This document shows, in pieces, positions 28,101 to 36,744 of a stretch of 64,000 nt of DNA (its first letter is position 1; each line of letters begins with the position of its first letter). The notes under the pieces are model-generated. The model made no database searches. It was not told where the DNA came from and saw nothing but the letters and a program-made list of their open reading frames with translations. The position numbers were made by a program, and so were the translations under genes. This DNA is from a virus. The stretch lies in the IMG/VR virus record IMGVR_UViG_3300045988_141012; one strand, written 5' to 3'.

Positions 28101-28328
28101 TTATTTAAACTTAAATAAAACTTTAGCAAATTGAATTGGCTGTATAATTTCTGCTCCACATTGAGAGCAATATAATTTTTTAGGAATATCTGTAATCACT
28201 TGATAGCTTCCTTCTGTTAAATTATCACAACATGGACAACAAATTTTTATATATGGTTTGCCTCCAAGATCGAAACATGTTTTTATTAATTCATATTTTT
28301 CGTCTCTATCTTTTATATCTTTAACCAT
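28101..28328 (-). CDS. zinc-ribbon hypothetical protein (75 aa)
   Basis: CCPCC ... CSQCG. Confidence 0.55.
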   Translation of the reverse strand: MVKDIKDRDEKYELIKTCFDLGGKPYIKICCPCCDNLTEGSYQVITDIPKKLYCSQCGAEIIQPIQFAKVLFKFK

Positions 28329-28341
28329 TACAATATTCTCC

Positions 28342-28358
28342 TTGAAATCAGGTTTTCA
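28342..28358 (-). promoter_or_regulatory. TGAAA-N6-TTTCA intercistronic motif copy
   Basis: Minus strand TGAAAACCTGATTTCAAGGAG, running straight into the SD of gene 28101-28328. Confidence 0.4.
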
Positions 28359-28625
28359 TTCTTTTGTCTCTATAACTGTCACCGTGCCTTGAATGATTCC
28401 CAAGTTAGACGACTCTTTAAATGTATGCGTTTCTGCAACATCATCCTTTGTCATTGGACGTGTAAGATACCACAACGAATCATCTTTCCACGTTATTTCC
28501 TCTAATTTCAGATTTGGATCTAATTCAATAGTTGTAGATCCACCCCATTTTCTTGTTGTTGCTTGACAACCTGCCAAACTCAATGTTGCCATAATTGCCA
28601 ATGCTACGCAAATTTTCTTTTTCAT
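28356..28625 (-). CDS. lipoprotein (89 aa)
   Basis: Signal peptide with lipobox MKKKICVALAIMATLSLAGCQ. Confidence 0.75.
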   Translation of the reverse strand: MKKKICVALAIMATLSLAGCQATTRKWGGSTTIELDPNLKLEEITWKDDSLWYLTRPMTKDDVAETHTFKESSNLGIIQGTVTVIETKE

Positions 28626-28645
28626 AAGTTTATTCTCCTTTTTAT

Positions 28646-28858
28646 TTATTCGTCCAAAATCACTTCACAAATGATGGATTCCGGTGATTCATTTACAGGT
28701 ACAAATGAATTTTTATCATCTTTTAATACTCTTGGAAATATTGTTGTGCCATTAATTTCTTCTCCATTCAAATCTTTAAAAGGACAATTATGTACCTCTA
28801 TTCTATATGTCCCATCACTATTTTTTATAAGAATCATTTCTTCGCCATAAACATTCAT
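28646..28858 (-). CDS. hypothetical protein (70 aa)
   Basis: ORF track. Confidence 0.5.
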   Translation of the reverse strand: MNVYGEEMILIKNSDGTYRIEVHNCPFKDLNGEEINGTTIFPRVLKDDKNSFVPVNESPESIICEVILDE

Positions 28859-28927
28859 AAATTATTTCCTCATATCATAATTTGCAAAATTCAAATTCCT
28901 CACCACAACTACATTGAATTGTGCCGG

Positions 28928-29080
28928 AAATTCCTATGCTTGTCGGAACAAAATGATAAGTGTATCTACCGCAATCGCCCAACCGAATGTATGTAAAATC
29001 ATATTAATCCACCATAGAAGACCACTATTTCTAAATTCGTCCCATGATTTTTCAACGACCATATTTTTACTATCGTCCAT
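28928..29080 (-). CDS. small hypothetical protein (50 aa)
   Basis: ATG shares one base with the upstream TAA (TAATG); MDDSKNMVVEKSWDEFRNSGLLWWINMILHTFGWAIAV...; ends at a TAG after which the frame stays open. Confidence 0.45.
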
Positions 29081-29523
29081 TAAACATTCTCCTTTTTAAT
29101 AGATTCTCTATTCCTTCTAATTTTGAACAATTCATAGAGTATTTTTTGTTTTATATCAAAAGTACCTCTTTCCCAATTGTCCATCTCGCCGACGGTATTT
29201 ATTTTAGATTCAATAAGTTTACTGTCATTTATTAGCATAATACATTTTGCTCCCTCAAAACTATTTCTTGCTACCCATAATCGAGTTGCATCAAGAACTA
29301 CTTCCGAGTAGGTTATTATAACGATATTCTTATTTTCTTCATAATTCTTTTGTATAAATTTTAAAATGTAATCACATAGATCATATGAATGGCAAATTTC
29401 TGTTTCAGGAAATTTAAGAATATTTTCATATCCTTCAAAATCCCTACCATATTCTTGCAAAATTCCTTTTATATCCATACCTCGTCGACCAGTAATAATT
29501 TTGATATTCATATTAATCGCCAT
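29080..29523 (-). CDS. hypothetical protein (147 aa)
   Basis: ORF track; start may be the second ATG (29511). Confidence 0.55.
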   Translation of the reverse strand: MAINMNIKIITGRRGMDIKGILQEYGRDFEGYENILKFPETEICHSYDLCDYILKFIQKNYEENKNIVIITYSEVVLDATRLWVARNSFEGAKCIMLINDSKLIESKINTVGEMDNWERGTFDIKQKILYELFKIRRNRESIKKENV

Positions 29524-29794
29524 CTCCTCCCAACATTATATCCCTATATTCTTCGCTGAAAATTTTGCCAAGCTTCATATCTACATAGGCAGCCAATTCA
29601 CGAGTACGAATAAAATCACAATCCTGTAAACAATCTCGTATAATATCACAAGCGTCCGTTGAATGGATATCGCACATACTTTCTCTCACAAGGGCGTTAC
29701 TCATTCTAAGTGTTGCCCTACGGTATTGTTCGATGATGTAAATAAGTTGTTCTTTAGATAGCTTTGTTAATTGTCCTAAAATATCTTCCCACAT
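29513..29794 (-). CDS. hypothetical protein (93 aa)
   Basis: ORF track; AGGAG upstream. Confidence 0.55.
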   Translation of the reverse strand: MWEDILGQLTKLSKEQLIYIIEQYRRATLRMSNALVRESMCDIHSTDACDIIRDCLQDCDFIRTRELAAYVDMKLGKIFSEEYRDIMLGGDGD

Positions 29795-29798
29795 ATGA

Positions 29799-30230
29799 TT
29801 ATTCTCCTAATTCTAATAACTTATTGACCAAATCTTGTAATCTTGAATTATTCGGATATTTCTTTGCCATATCTTCATAATACGCAACTGTTTTGTATTT
29901 ATTGATTTCTTGCTCCAGTTCCGTTTTAATTTTAGTTTTCTTTTCTGCTGTCTCTTTTAATCTTTGTTCTTCCGTAAATCTTTTGTTATATGCATTCATA
30001 TTCACGACTCCAACAACTTGCCCCACTATTTCTTCATTACAATCTTCAATAGGAATAATTCGTTTAATTTGTCCAAGTATTCTTGTATTTTCATTTCCCC
30101 AACCATTTACAACAACCAACCATGGATTGCATAGTAATCCTACCTCGTCTTCATATAATGCAACTGCATAATCGTAGTGTGCCAAATCATCAAACAAATT
30201 AACAATTGCCACTCTATTAAAATCTTTCAT
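29799..30230 (-). CDS. hypothetical protein (143 aa)
   Basis: ORF track; GGAGG upstream. Confidence 0.55.
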   Translation of the reverse strand: MKDFNRVAIVNLFDDLAHYDYAVALYEDEVGLLCNPWLVVVNGWGNENTRILGQIKRIIPIEDCNEEIVGQVVGVVNMNAYNKRFTEEQRLKETAEKKTKIKTELEQEINKYKTVAYYEDMAKKYPNNSRLQDLVNKLLELGE

Positions 30231-30384
30231 ATCGTACCTCCATAAATTGTACTTTTAAATTAAATTATTGAAATATCATTTTTGTATAATTGCAATTATG
30301 ACATATAATACGATCATTATTACAAATACTGTAAGCAATATGCTGTCCAGCACTTTCCTCACCCCTTTGTCTTGAAATTAAGCT

Positions 30385-30735
30385 TTAATCGAATATTTCA
30401 ATTTTATCTCCAATGTATTTCTGAACATATTCTTGAACATTCTCAGGATACGAATCTACAACATAATCTGTATCAATTGTTATCTTCGTAATAATATTCT
30501 CCGTCTTATCCAAAAATATATTGCCAACCGTACCACCTGGAATTCTTATGTACAAAAGTCTTTGTTTCATATCCGCTTCAGTTGCCAATATATAATGTCC
30601 ATATTCATATTCATCAATCATTTTCTTATCAAAACCAGCCAAATCATCAAGTTCTTTGGTTAGCTCACAATGATATTCATGAGAAAGATATTCGTTTAAT
30701 TCTAAATAACAATCATATCTATGAGTTAGTTTCAT
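30385..30735 (-). CDS. hypothetical protein (116 aa)
   Basis: ORF track; 4-nt overlap with the upstream gene. Confidence 0.55.
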   Translation of the reverse strand: MKLTHRYDCYLELNEYLSHEYHCELTKELDDLAGFDKKMIDEYEYGHYILATEADMKQRLLYIRIPGGTVGNIFLDKTENIITKITIDTDYVVDSYPENVQEYVQKYIGDKIEIFD

Positions 30736-31025
30736 TTCTTTTCACCCTTTCTGTAAAGCCATATAAAACCATACATTGTCCAAACCACCACTTGCCCTAT
30801 TAAACAAAACACCAAAGATGTAAATTGTAATATAAAACAAATAATACCGATAATAATTCCAAATGCATTTTTATTAAAAAATAATTCTTTGAATACATTC
30901 TGCCATATATTAAACCCAAACATTCTTAAATCATCAGTATCACTAAATCGTAGTAAAGTAAATGAATATAAAGCAGATGCAATTATGTATACTGCCATAA
31001 ATCCTCCGAATATATCATTATTCAT
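30732..31025 (-). CDS. membrane protein (97 aa)
   Basis: Three hydrophobic segments. Confidence 0.55.
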   Translation of the reverse strand: MNNDIFGGFMAVYIIASALYSFTLLRFSDTDDLRMFGFNIWQNVFKELFFNKNAFGIIIGIICFILQFTSLVFCLIGQVVVWTMYGFIWLYRKGEKK

Positions 31026-31027
31026 AA

Positions 31028-31480
31028 TTAATTCTCCTTATTATATTGATCCCATGCATCTAACACTGTAAGAAACATCTCGCCTTTTTCAGTCAACCAA
31101 CAGCCGCCGATACTACTACCATGCTCTGTAAAGCCACGGTCGTCCAAAATATATGCCATGAATTGTAATAAGCCCCACTGTATATCATCTTGAGCATCTA
31201 TATTCAATTCTGTCTTATACCTTTGTTGCACTTCATCATAATCACACTTGTTGTCCTTCCAATCTTTTCGAATATGAAGATATTTGCGTATGACATCTAA
31301 TGTGTCATTAGGACAACCGCAACCGCACAATCTTAATACGTCATATGAATAATAGTCTATTAATGGGTCGATTAGATATTCTTCATACCCTTCTTCTCTA
31401 TTACCAACTATAACCTCATTCTCCAAGGAAAGATTAGATTCTTTTTTTATAATCTTTTCTGCAATTTCACTCAATAACAT
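31028..31480 (-). CDS. hypothetical protein (150 aa)
   Basis: ORF track. Confidence 0.55.
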   Translation of the reverse strand: MLLSEIAEKIIKKESNLSLENEVIVGNREEGYEEYLIDPLIDYYSYDVLRLCGCGCPNDTLDVIRKYLHIRKDWKDNKCDYDEVQQRYKTELNIDAQDDIQWGLLQFMAYILDDRGFTEHGSSIGGCWLTEKGEMFLTVLDAWDQYNKEN

Positions 31481-31489
31481 ATTTTGTTT

Positions 31490-31717
31490 TCACCCTTTTA
31501 TATATTGCTTAATTTCTTCATTCGTTGCAATCTTCACTTCACTAAGCAAATATTCTCCACACCAACTTTCTTTATAACCCGAAACCATAACCACATCTTC
31601 TTCATCCTCCTCTGTTACGCATTGGTAACAAGCCACTGTACCCAATCTCTTTGTATTTCCTACTTGAACAACAACAAATGTTCCTGTATTGATTGGGAAT
31701 GTTTTTGTAAAACTCAT
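31490..31717 (-). CDS. hypothetical protein (75 aa)
   Basis: ORF track; AGGAAG upstream. Confidence 0.5.
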   Translation of the reverse strand: MSFTKTFPINTGTFVVVQVGNTKRLGTVACYQCVTEEDEEDVVMVSGYKESWCGEYLLSEVKIATNEEIKQYIKG

Positions 31718-31737
31718 AATGATACTTCCTTTCTTAA

Positions 31738-31950
31738 CTAATTATTTACTTCCCTGAAATTGCTATATCCCAAAAAAGAAATTCTTCCGTCCTCTTTCTG
31801 CTTATAATTCTTATTCACTTTGAATTTTCTGTCACATTCCCTACATACAAAATAATCCGTACTATTTAATGTTCCTTCAAAATGTAAATGACCAGTACAA
31901 TATGGACAATTATTTCTCTCTTCGAATTTATAGAATTCGATATCTCTCAT
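31738..31950 (-). CDS. zinc-ribbon hypothetical protein
   Basis: CPYC ... CREC; start moved to ATG 31950 behind AAGGAG. Confidence 0.5.
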   Translation of the reverse strand: MRDIEFYKFEERNNCPYCTGHLHFEGTLNSTDYFVCRECDRKFKVNKNYKQKEDGRISFLGYSNFREVNN

Positions 31951-31954
31951 ACAA

Positions 31955-32167
31955 CTATTCTCCTTTTTCGTAACCATTTCTAATAATTTGTAGTTCTCTC
32001 ATCAAATTAGAAGTTGAGTACAAAGCTGATTCATCACTTAATTCTTTTAAATTCTGCAATGTATCTTTCAAATTTTTATCAATTTCTTTTTGTGATAAAT
32101 CATTATGCGATACTTGTTGTTCTTCAATCCTTTCTCGCAATGTCTTATATTTCATAATATCATCCAA
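31955..32167 (-). CDS. hypothetical protein (70 aa)
   Basis: ORF track. Confidence 0.5.
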   Translation of the reverse strand: MDDIMKYKTLRERIEEQQVSHNDLSQKEIDKNLKDTLQNLKELSDESALYSTSNLMRELQIIRNGYEKGE

Positions 32168-32169
32168 TC

Positions 32170-32448
32170 TTAATGTCGATTAATCCATGCCTTGAACTGA
32201 TGGAATTCATTTTCCGTCATACAAATATCTGAATAATAAAAGTCTTTATTGAATATAATCGCCCAAATCTTCTTTAACTTTTTAATGAATCCAAAATCTT
32301 GCTCTGCATAAAATTTGCCATTCGTAAATAATAAAAAGGCATAGTGAGATTTATCATATTTATCAATTTTAATATGTATTCCCTCATCGCAACCGCAAGT
32401 GCAACTTACGCATAATTCGTTTCCATCAAAATTCTTCAGCACCGCCAT
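32170..32448 (-). CDS. hypothetical protein (about 92 aa)
   Basis: Start moved to ATG 32448 behind AAGGAG. Confidence 0.5.
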   Translation of the reverse strand: MAVLKNFDGNELCVSCTCGCDEGIHIKIDKYDKSHYAFLLFTNGKFYAEQDFGFIKKLKKIWAIIFNKDFYYSDICMTENEFHQFKAWINRH

Positions 32449-32971
32449 AGTGAATTTCTCCTTCCATTGCAACCTTCTTTTTAAAAATTGTTTTGCTCGC
32501 TACCTTTTTCACTCTAAAATTTACTGGACATTTATCATATATCTTTTTGTCAGTTACCGATACGATTCCTGTCCCATATTTTGTTTTGCAAAGTATTACA
32601 TCGCCAATTTGGACATTATCTCTGAATCTCATCCAATTTGAAGGAACTCTCCACATGTATGTTTTATTATCAACATCATTTTCATTAATATGTCTACCGT
32701 AAATATACATCGTTCGTTCATTTCTATAACTACTTGCTCCCCAATCTTCGACTCTGACTTCTACGTCTTCTATATTATTCTCTTTGTAAATAAGATACAT
32801 AATATAGCCGTCGGTAAGAATTCCGTCGGAAGCAACCACAATTTCTCTATCTGGCTTTCCGAATTTTTCGAAATAATTCCTACATTTCTGAAGTTTTCTT
32901 TCGGACACATGAGTCCTTGCAAAAGCATCCGAAATCTTTATATCTGATAGTTTCATAGTTTTTGTTATCAT
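32426..32971 (-). CDS. hypothetical protein, possible ParB-N-like fold at the N-terminus
   Basis: LSDIKISDAF...REIVVASDGILTDGYIMYL resembles ParB/Srx-type N-domains; weak, read by eye only. Confidence 0.5.
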   Translation of the reverse strand: MITKTMKLSDIKISDAFARTHVSERKLQKCRNYFEKFGKPDREIVVASDGILTDGYIMYLIYKENNIEDVEVRVEDWGASSYRNERTMYIYGRHINENDVDNKTYMWRVPSNWMRFRDNVQIGDVILCKTKYGTGIVSVTDKKIYDKCPVNFRVKKVASKTIFKKKVAMEGEIHYGGAEEF

Positions 32972-32991
32972 AACAATATTCTCCTTTGTGT

Positions 32992-33285
32992 TTAATTTTC
33001 GGCAATCGAAAGGTTAAGTTTTAGATTTAATTTTTCACATATATCACAAATTTGAGAAAGAGAAAAATCATAATCACCACTTTCATAATTGGATAGCATT
33101 GAAGAACTTACTTCCAAATAACTTGCCATATCTTTTAAGGTCAAGTTATGTTTTAACCGATATTCCAATAATGTTGTCGAAAGTGTATATTGAATATCGT
33201 AATAGTATGATTTTGATGCACTCATATCAGCACATAATTTGTTGAGATACTCGCCAGCATTGACCAATTCTATATCATCACTCAT
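32992..33285 (-). CDS. XRE-family helix-turn-helix regulator
   Basis: LKHNLTLKDMASYLEVSSSMLSNYESG. Confidence 0.7.
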   Translation of the reverse strand: MSDDIELVNAGEYLNKLCADMSASKSYYYDIQYTLSTTLLEYRLKHNLTLKDMASYLEVSSSMLSNYESGDYDFSLSQICDICEKLNLKLNLSIAEN

Positions 33286-33304
33286 TTATACTACCTTACT
33301 TTCC

Positions 33305-34339
33305 TTACATCACAATACCAATGTTATTAATTTGTCTATTCTCACTTGTACTCTTTTGAATTTCTCCATTGATTTTACAATAGAAGCTTCCACCACCATC
33401 AACTTTAATAACATCTGAAAATCCACAGTCTTTAATTTTGTCGTAAACTTCTCCACTTGTAATACAATTTGAGGTCTTTGTTTCAATGTAAAAATAATAG
33501 ATATAATTGTCTTTGATACCAAGAAATCCGTGAACAGTTGGTCTAACTATTGAATTATCCCAACCTTCGTCCAAATATTCTGTCGTTGCTCTCAATTCAT
33601 CAATTATAATCGGAGCACCCGAAACGGCATATTTAACATCTTCATCATATAAACTGTTGTACTTATCAATAAAAACTGTATTGTCGTTACAAATAATCAA
33701 CGTAGACACGTCTTTCTTTTTAAACTGGTCAGACGCATTTTGACTTGCATAGAAATAAACCTTATTATCCTTGACTTTTCGTTCCCTCAAATACTTCAAA
33801 CATGGCGATGAAAGTGTGTTTTCATCTAAATCAGCAACAAGGTTTGCAACGGGCAAAGTAAAGAAAATTCCGTCCTCTTTGAAGTTTGCAAAATAACCAA
33901 GATTAAAATATGTATCTTCGTCCAAGTTGCTCTTTGATTTATCAACCAATTTAATTTGAAATCTATTCGCCGGCACTCTTAACATACAAATACCATTATG
34001 TGAAACTATCTTTGTTTCATTCTTATTTAACAGTTCAGAATATCGGTTAATAATCACATTTAAATCATCCAAGTGAACGAGTTTCTTCCTATTAAATATA
34101 TCATTCCAATATTCAATTTCGTCATCAGGAATAACACCATCGTTCTTCAATACCTTTGTTTGTTTTTCCAATGTAATTGGATAGACAATTTTACCATCTG
34201 GGTCAAATACTTTATATCCCTGTTGAACCCTTTCTTCTGTGCATTCTTGAATAGCTTTTTGCTTGTCCGTATATGCACAAATTTGTGAACTATCCCACTT
34301 GCCATTGTTCCAATTTTTACGCACTCTGTAATATCCCAT
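33305..34339 (-). CDS. phosphodiester glycosidase-family protein (NAGPA/DUF2233-like)
   Basis: YAVSGAPIIIDE ... FSDVIKVDGGGSFY C-terminal pattern; start moved to ATG 34339 behind AAGGAGAG. Confidence 0.45.
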   Translation of the reverse strand: MGYYRVRKNWNNGKWDSSQICAYTDKQKAIQECTEERVQQGYKVFDPDGKIVYPITLEKQTKVLKNDGVIPDDEIEYWNDIFNRKKLVHLDDLNVIINRYSELLNKNETKIVSHNGICMLRVPANRFQIKLVDKSKSNLDEDTYFNLGYFANFKEDGIFFTLPVANLVADLDENTLSSPCLKYLRERKVKDNKVYFYASQNASDQFKKKDVSTLIICNDNTVFIDKYNSLYDEDVKYAVSGAPIIIDELRATTEYLDEGWDNSIVRPTVHGFLGIKDNYIYYFYIETKTSNCITSGEVYDKIKDCGFSDVIKVDGGGSFYCKINGEIQKSTSENRQINNIGIVM

Positions 34340-34343
34340 TTGT

Positions 34344-34907
34344 TCACTCTCCTTGTTCTTCATCAAGACGTTGTTGATATTTCGTAAAATACCATATCAG
34401 TTCATCTTTGAATACTTCGATAGCTTCTTCGGCTTTTTGGAATGTTGAGAAATATATAGCATTCGGTCGTCTTAATTTCTGTTCTATTCCTATGCTTAAT
34501 TCATTTAAACTATAATTATATGCAATACAATATTTATTGATTTTATCATTTTTCCAATCAGACACAGAAATAACCTTGTCATTTTGCGCCTGCCACTGTC
34601 TTAACTGACGGAGCAATCTGTCTGCACGAGCATTGTTCTCGGAAATTATCTTGTCACTGTAATAGTTTCCTGTGCTATAACATTGCTTATCACCTTGGTC
34701 ATTATCTTCTGTAACTCTCATTATATTATTGTATATATCGACAAGATAATACATTTCACCTTTTTCAACCCTCTCATACCCAGTTCTAGGTTTATCCTCA
34801 ATCAATCCCAGCTTTTTTAGCTGTTCAAACAATACTGTCTCTTTTAACTGTTCCTCAGGTATTTCAGCCTGAACGCTTTTATCGTTCACTTTCAACTCTA
34901 CTTTCAT
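34344..34907 (-). CDS. hypothetical protein (187 aa)
   Basis: ORF track. Confidence 0.6.
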   Translation of the reverse strand: MKVELKVNDKSVQAEIPEEQLKETVLFEQLKKLGLIEDKPRTGYERVEKGEMYYLVDIYNNIMRVTEDNDQGDKQCYSTGNYYSDKIISENNARADRLLRQLRQWQAQNDKVISVSDWKNDKINKYCIAYNYSLNELSIGIEQKLRRPNAIYFSTFQKAEEAIEVFKDELIWYFTKYQQRLDEEQGE

Positions 34908-34921
34908 TACTGTTCCTCCGT

Positions 34922-35209
34922 TTATTTTTCTTGAAATTCCTTTAATCTGTCCTCTAAATATTTAATCTCATCTTTCCAATGCTCAATTAGCATTTCTTCG
35001 ATTTGTTGCTTTGCGTCATCTATACTATCAGCCCACAATATATCGTTATCTGCATTTAATTCTTTTGTTGTGTAATAAAACACCTCGCTATCTGATTCAT
35101 CTTGCATCAAACTTGCGATTATATCCTCGTCATCTCCATAAAATTGATCGAAATGCAGTTCGTGCCATTCTACACCGATTTCATTCTTTTTGACTTTCCA
35201 TTCTTTCAT
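34922..35209 (-). CDS. hypothetical protein (95 aa, acidic)
   Basis: ORF track. Confidence 0.55.
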   Translation of the reverse strand: MKEWKVKKNEIGVEWHELHFDQFYGDDEDIIASLMQDESDSEVFYYTTKELNADNDILWADSIDDAKQQIEEMLIEHWKDEIKYLEDRLKEFQEK

Positions 35210-35417
35210 TGCTCTGTTCCTCGCTGTCTTTTTTATAACCGAGCATAAATGACATCATCAATGCCCCAAATTCAAAACTTGCCTCTTTATCATCGAAATT
35301 CGCCAAATATTCTTTGATGATTTCAACAATCAATGCGCGTATATGTTCTGCTTGACCGTTAAGATAAACATTTGACGTAGCTTTTTTATTAGCTCGATCA
35401 CTAATCCTCGTTGCCAT
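35181..35417 (-). CDS. hypothetical protein (78 aa); true start may be ATG 35490 via a frame break at a C6 run
   Basis: No SD before ATG 35417; a strong SD (GAGGAATAAAAA) precedes ATG 35490 in another frame. Confidence 0.5.
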   Translation of the reverse strand: MATRISDRANKKATSNVYLNGQAEHIRALIVEIIKEYLANFDDKEASFEFGALMMSFMLGYKKDSEEQSNERMESQKE

Positions 35418-35512
35418 TATAACGGCATTTTCGGGGGGAATTCATACCCATCGCCAGTTTTCCTGCAAGTCTTTTATAATCGTTTGTCATTTTTTATTCC
35501 TCACTTTCTTTA

Positions 35513-35659
35513 TCACAAAATCACTTCTTTGCTATCTTCGTATATCTCTGCCTTTTCAGCTACTAACGGAGCAAGTCCTGCGTCAGTTGACACCGTATAT
35601 TCGCCATATCCTTGTTCCATTAATTCTTTGAATTTTTTATAAAAATCTGCGACTGTCAT
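35513..35659 (-). CDS. small hypothetical protein (48 aa)
   Basis: GAGGAATAAAAAA then ATG; MTVADFYKKFKELMEQGYGEY... Confidence 0.45.
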   Translation of the reverse strand: MTVADFYKKFKELMEQGYGEYTVSTDAGLAPLVAEKAEIYEDSKEVIL

Positions 35660-35663
35660 TTTT

Positions 35664-36302
35664 TTATTCCTCAAACAATTCGGGATTATCATTCATATCG
35701 TGTATATTGCCTATAACACTGGCTGATTTCCCGTCACCGCACCAGTATAATAAATCTTCTCGTAGCGTCATTAACGGCTCATGTTGCCACTCTATGACAA
35801 AACCACAGTCATTACACGCACGTTGTCTGTCGTATGTATTTCTGTATTTAACTATTCCTAAACACGCTTTCTCCGTTGTGAAATGCGGTTCATATCGGAA
35901 TATACTTCCCTCAAAAACTCGGTTTCCTTTTTTGTCGGTAACTCCTGTAAATTGTCCTACTGTTTCAGGTATAACCCTATGTGCCCAGTCAACATCATTT
36001 GATGAATTATCAATTATATACACTACTTCATCTTTTACATCATCAGCTTTTTGCTGAAATATACCGCCTGTTATCCATTCTCCGTTATCTATTCTTTTAC
36101 CTCTGAATAATATCTCACGCATTTCGATTTCCTCCATTATTTCATCTACACATTTTGCACAATAACAGCCTTCAAGACCTTCTATTTTGTATAGAAAACT
36201 CATCCACATTCGATTCCATATGCCTTTATCAACACATCTTTTGCAAGAACCTTGACCTTCGCCCTCGCAACATGTAACTTTTACTTTTTTTAAATCATTC
36301 AT
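35664..36302 (-). CDS. YopX-family protein with N-terminal Cys-rich region
   Basis: REILFRGKRIDNGEWITGG ... ETVGQFTGVTDKKGNRVFEGSIF. Confidence 0.7.
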   Translation of the reverse strand: MNDLKKVKVTCCEGEGQGSCKRCVDKGIWNRMWMSFLYKIEGLEGCYCAKCVDEIMEEIEMREILFRGKRIDNGEWITGGIFQQKADDVKDEVVYIIDNSSNDVDWAHRVIPETVGQFTGVTDKKGNRVFEGSIFRYEPHFTTEKACLGIVKYRNTYDRQRACNDCGFVIEWQHEPLMTLREDLLYWCGDGKSASVIGNIHDMNDNPELFEE

Positions 36303-36444
36303 TTATTTTTCCTTTCAATCTTTTTACAATCTCTGAACACTTGTTAATATAAGATCTTGTTACTCGACCACCGTTTATTTTCTTTTTATCTTTTTCGTTA
36401 ATAAATACTTCAAAAACATTAGATTTGCTTATTTCTTTCATCAT
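36295..36444 (-). CDS. small hypothetical protein (49 aa, basic)
   Basis: TAATG coupling to the upstream stop and ATGAATGA overlap with the yopX-like start. Confidence 0.4.
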   Translation of the reverse strand: MMKEISKSNVFEVFINEKDKKKINGGRVTRSYINKCSEIVKRLKGKINE

Positions 36445-36743
36445 TAATATTCTCCTTTTTTTATTTTCATTTTTAACGCTTCTTTAAATTCTTGTTCGGT
36501 CATCTTATCGCTGTTTCCGATGTACCTTGTATATCCCTTATTTATATTCTCTCCCATTGTTTGAAAAGCCATTGCCATGCCCTCAAAACTCTTAGCACAT
36601 ACTTCTGTCGGTACATTATTCTCTTTCTTTGAAACAGATTTTTCATCGTTGTCATTACAACAATTAAGAATCAAAGCAAACACACCTACACCGCCGGCAA
36701 ATCCAACAATCATTGCAACCAATAGCATCAATACTTCACCCAT
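36444..36743 (-). CDS. membrane-anchored protein (99 aa)
   Basis: N-terminal TM LMLLVAMIVGFAGGVGVFALIL; GGAGG upstream. Confidence 0.6.
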   Translation of the reverse strand: MGEVLMLLVAMIVGFAGGVGVFALILNCCNDNDEKSVSKKENNVPTEVCAKSFEGMAMAFQTMGENINKGYTRYIGNSDKMTEQEFKEALKMKIKKGEY

Positions 36744-36744
36744 A

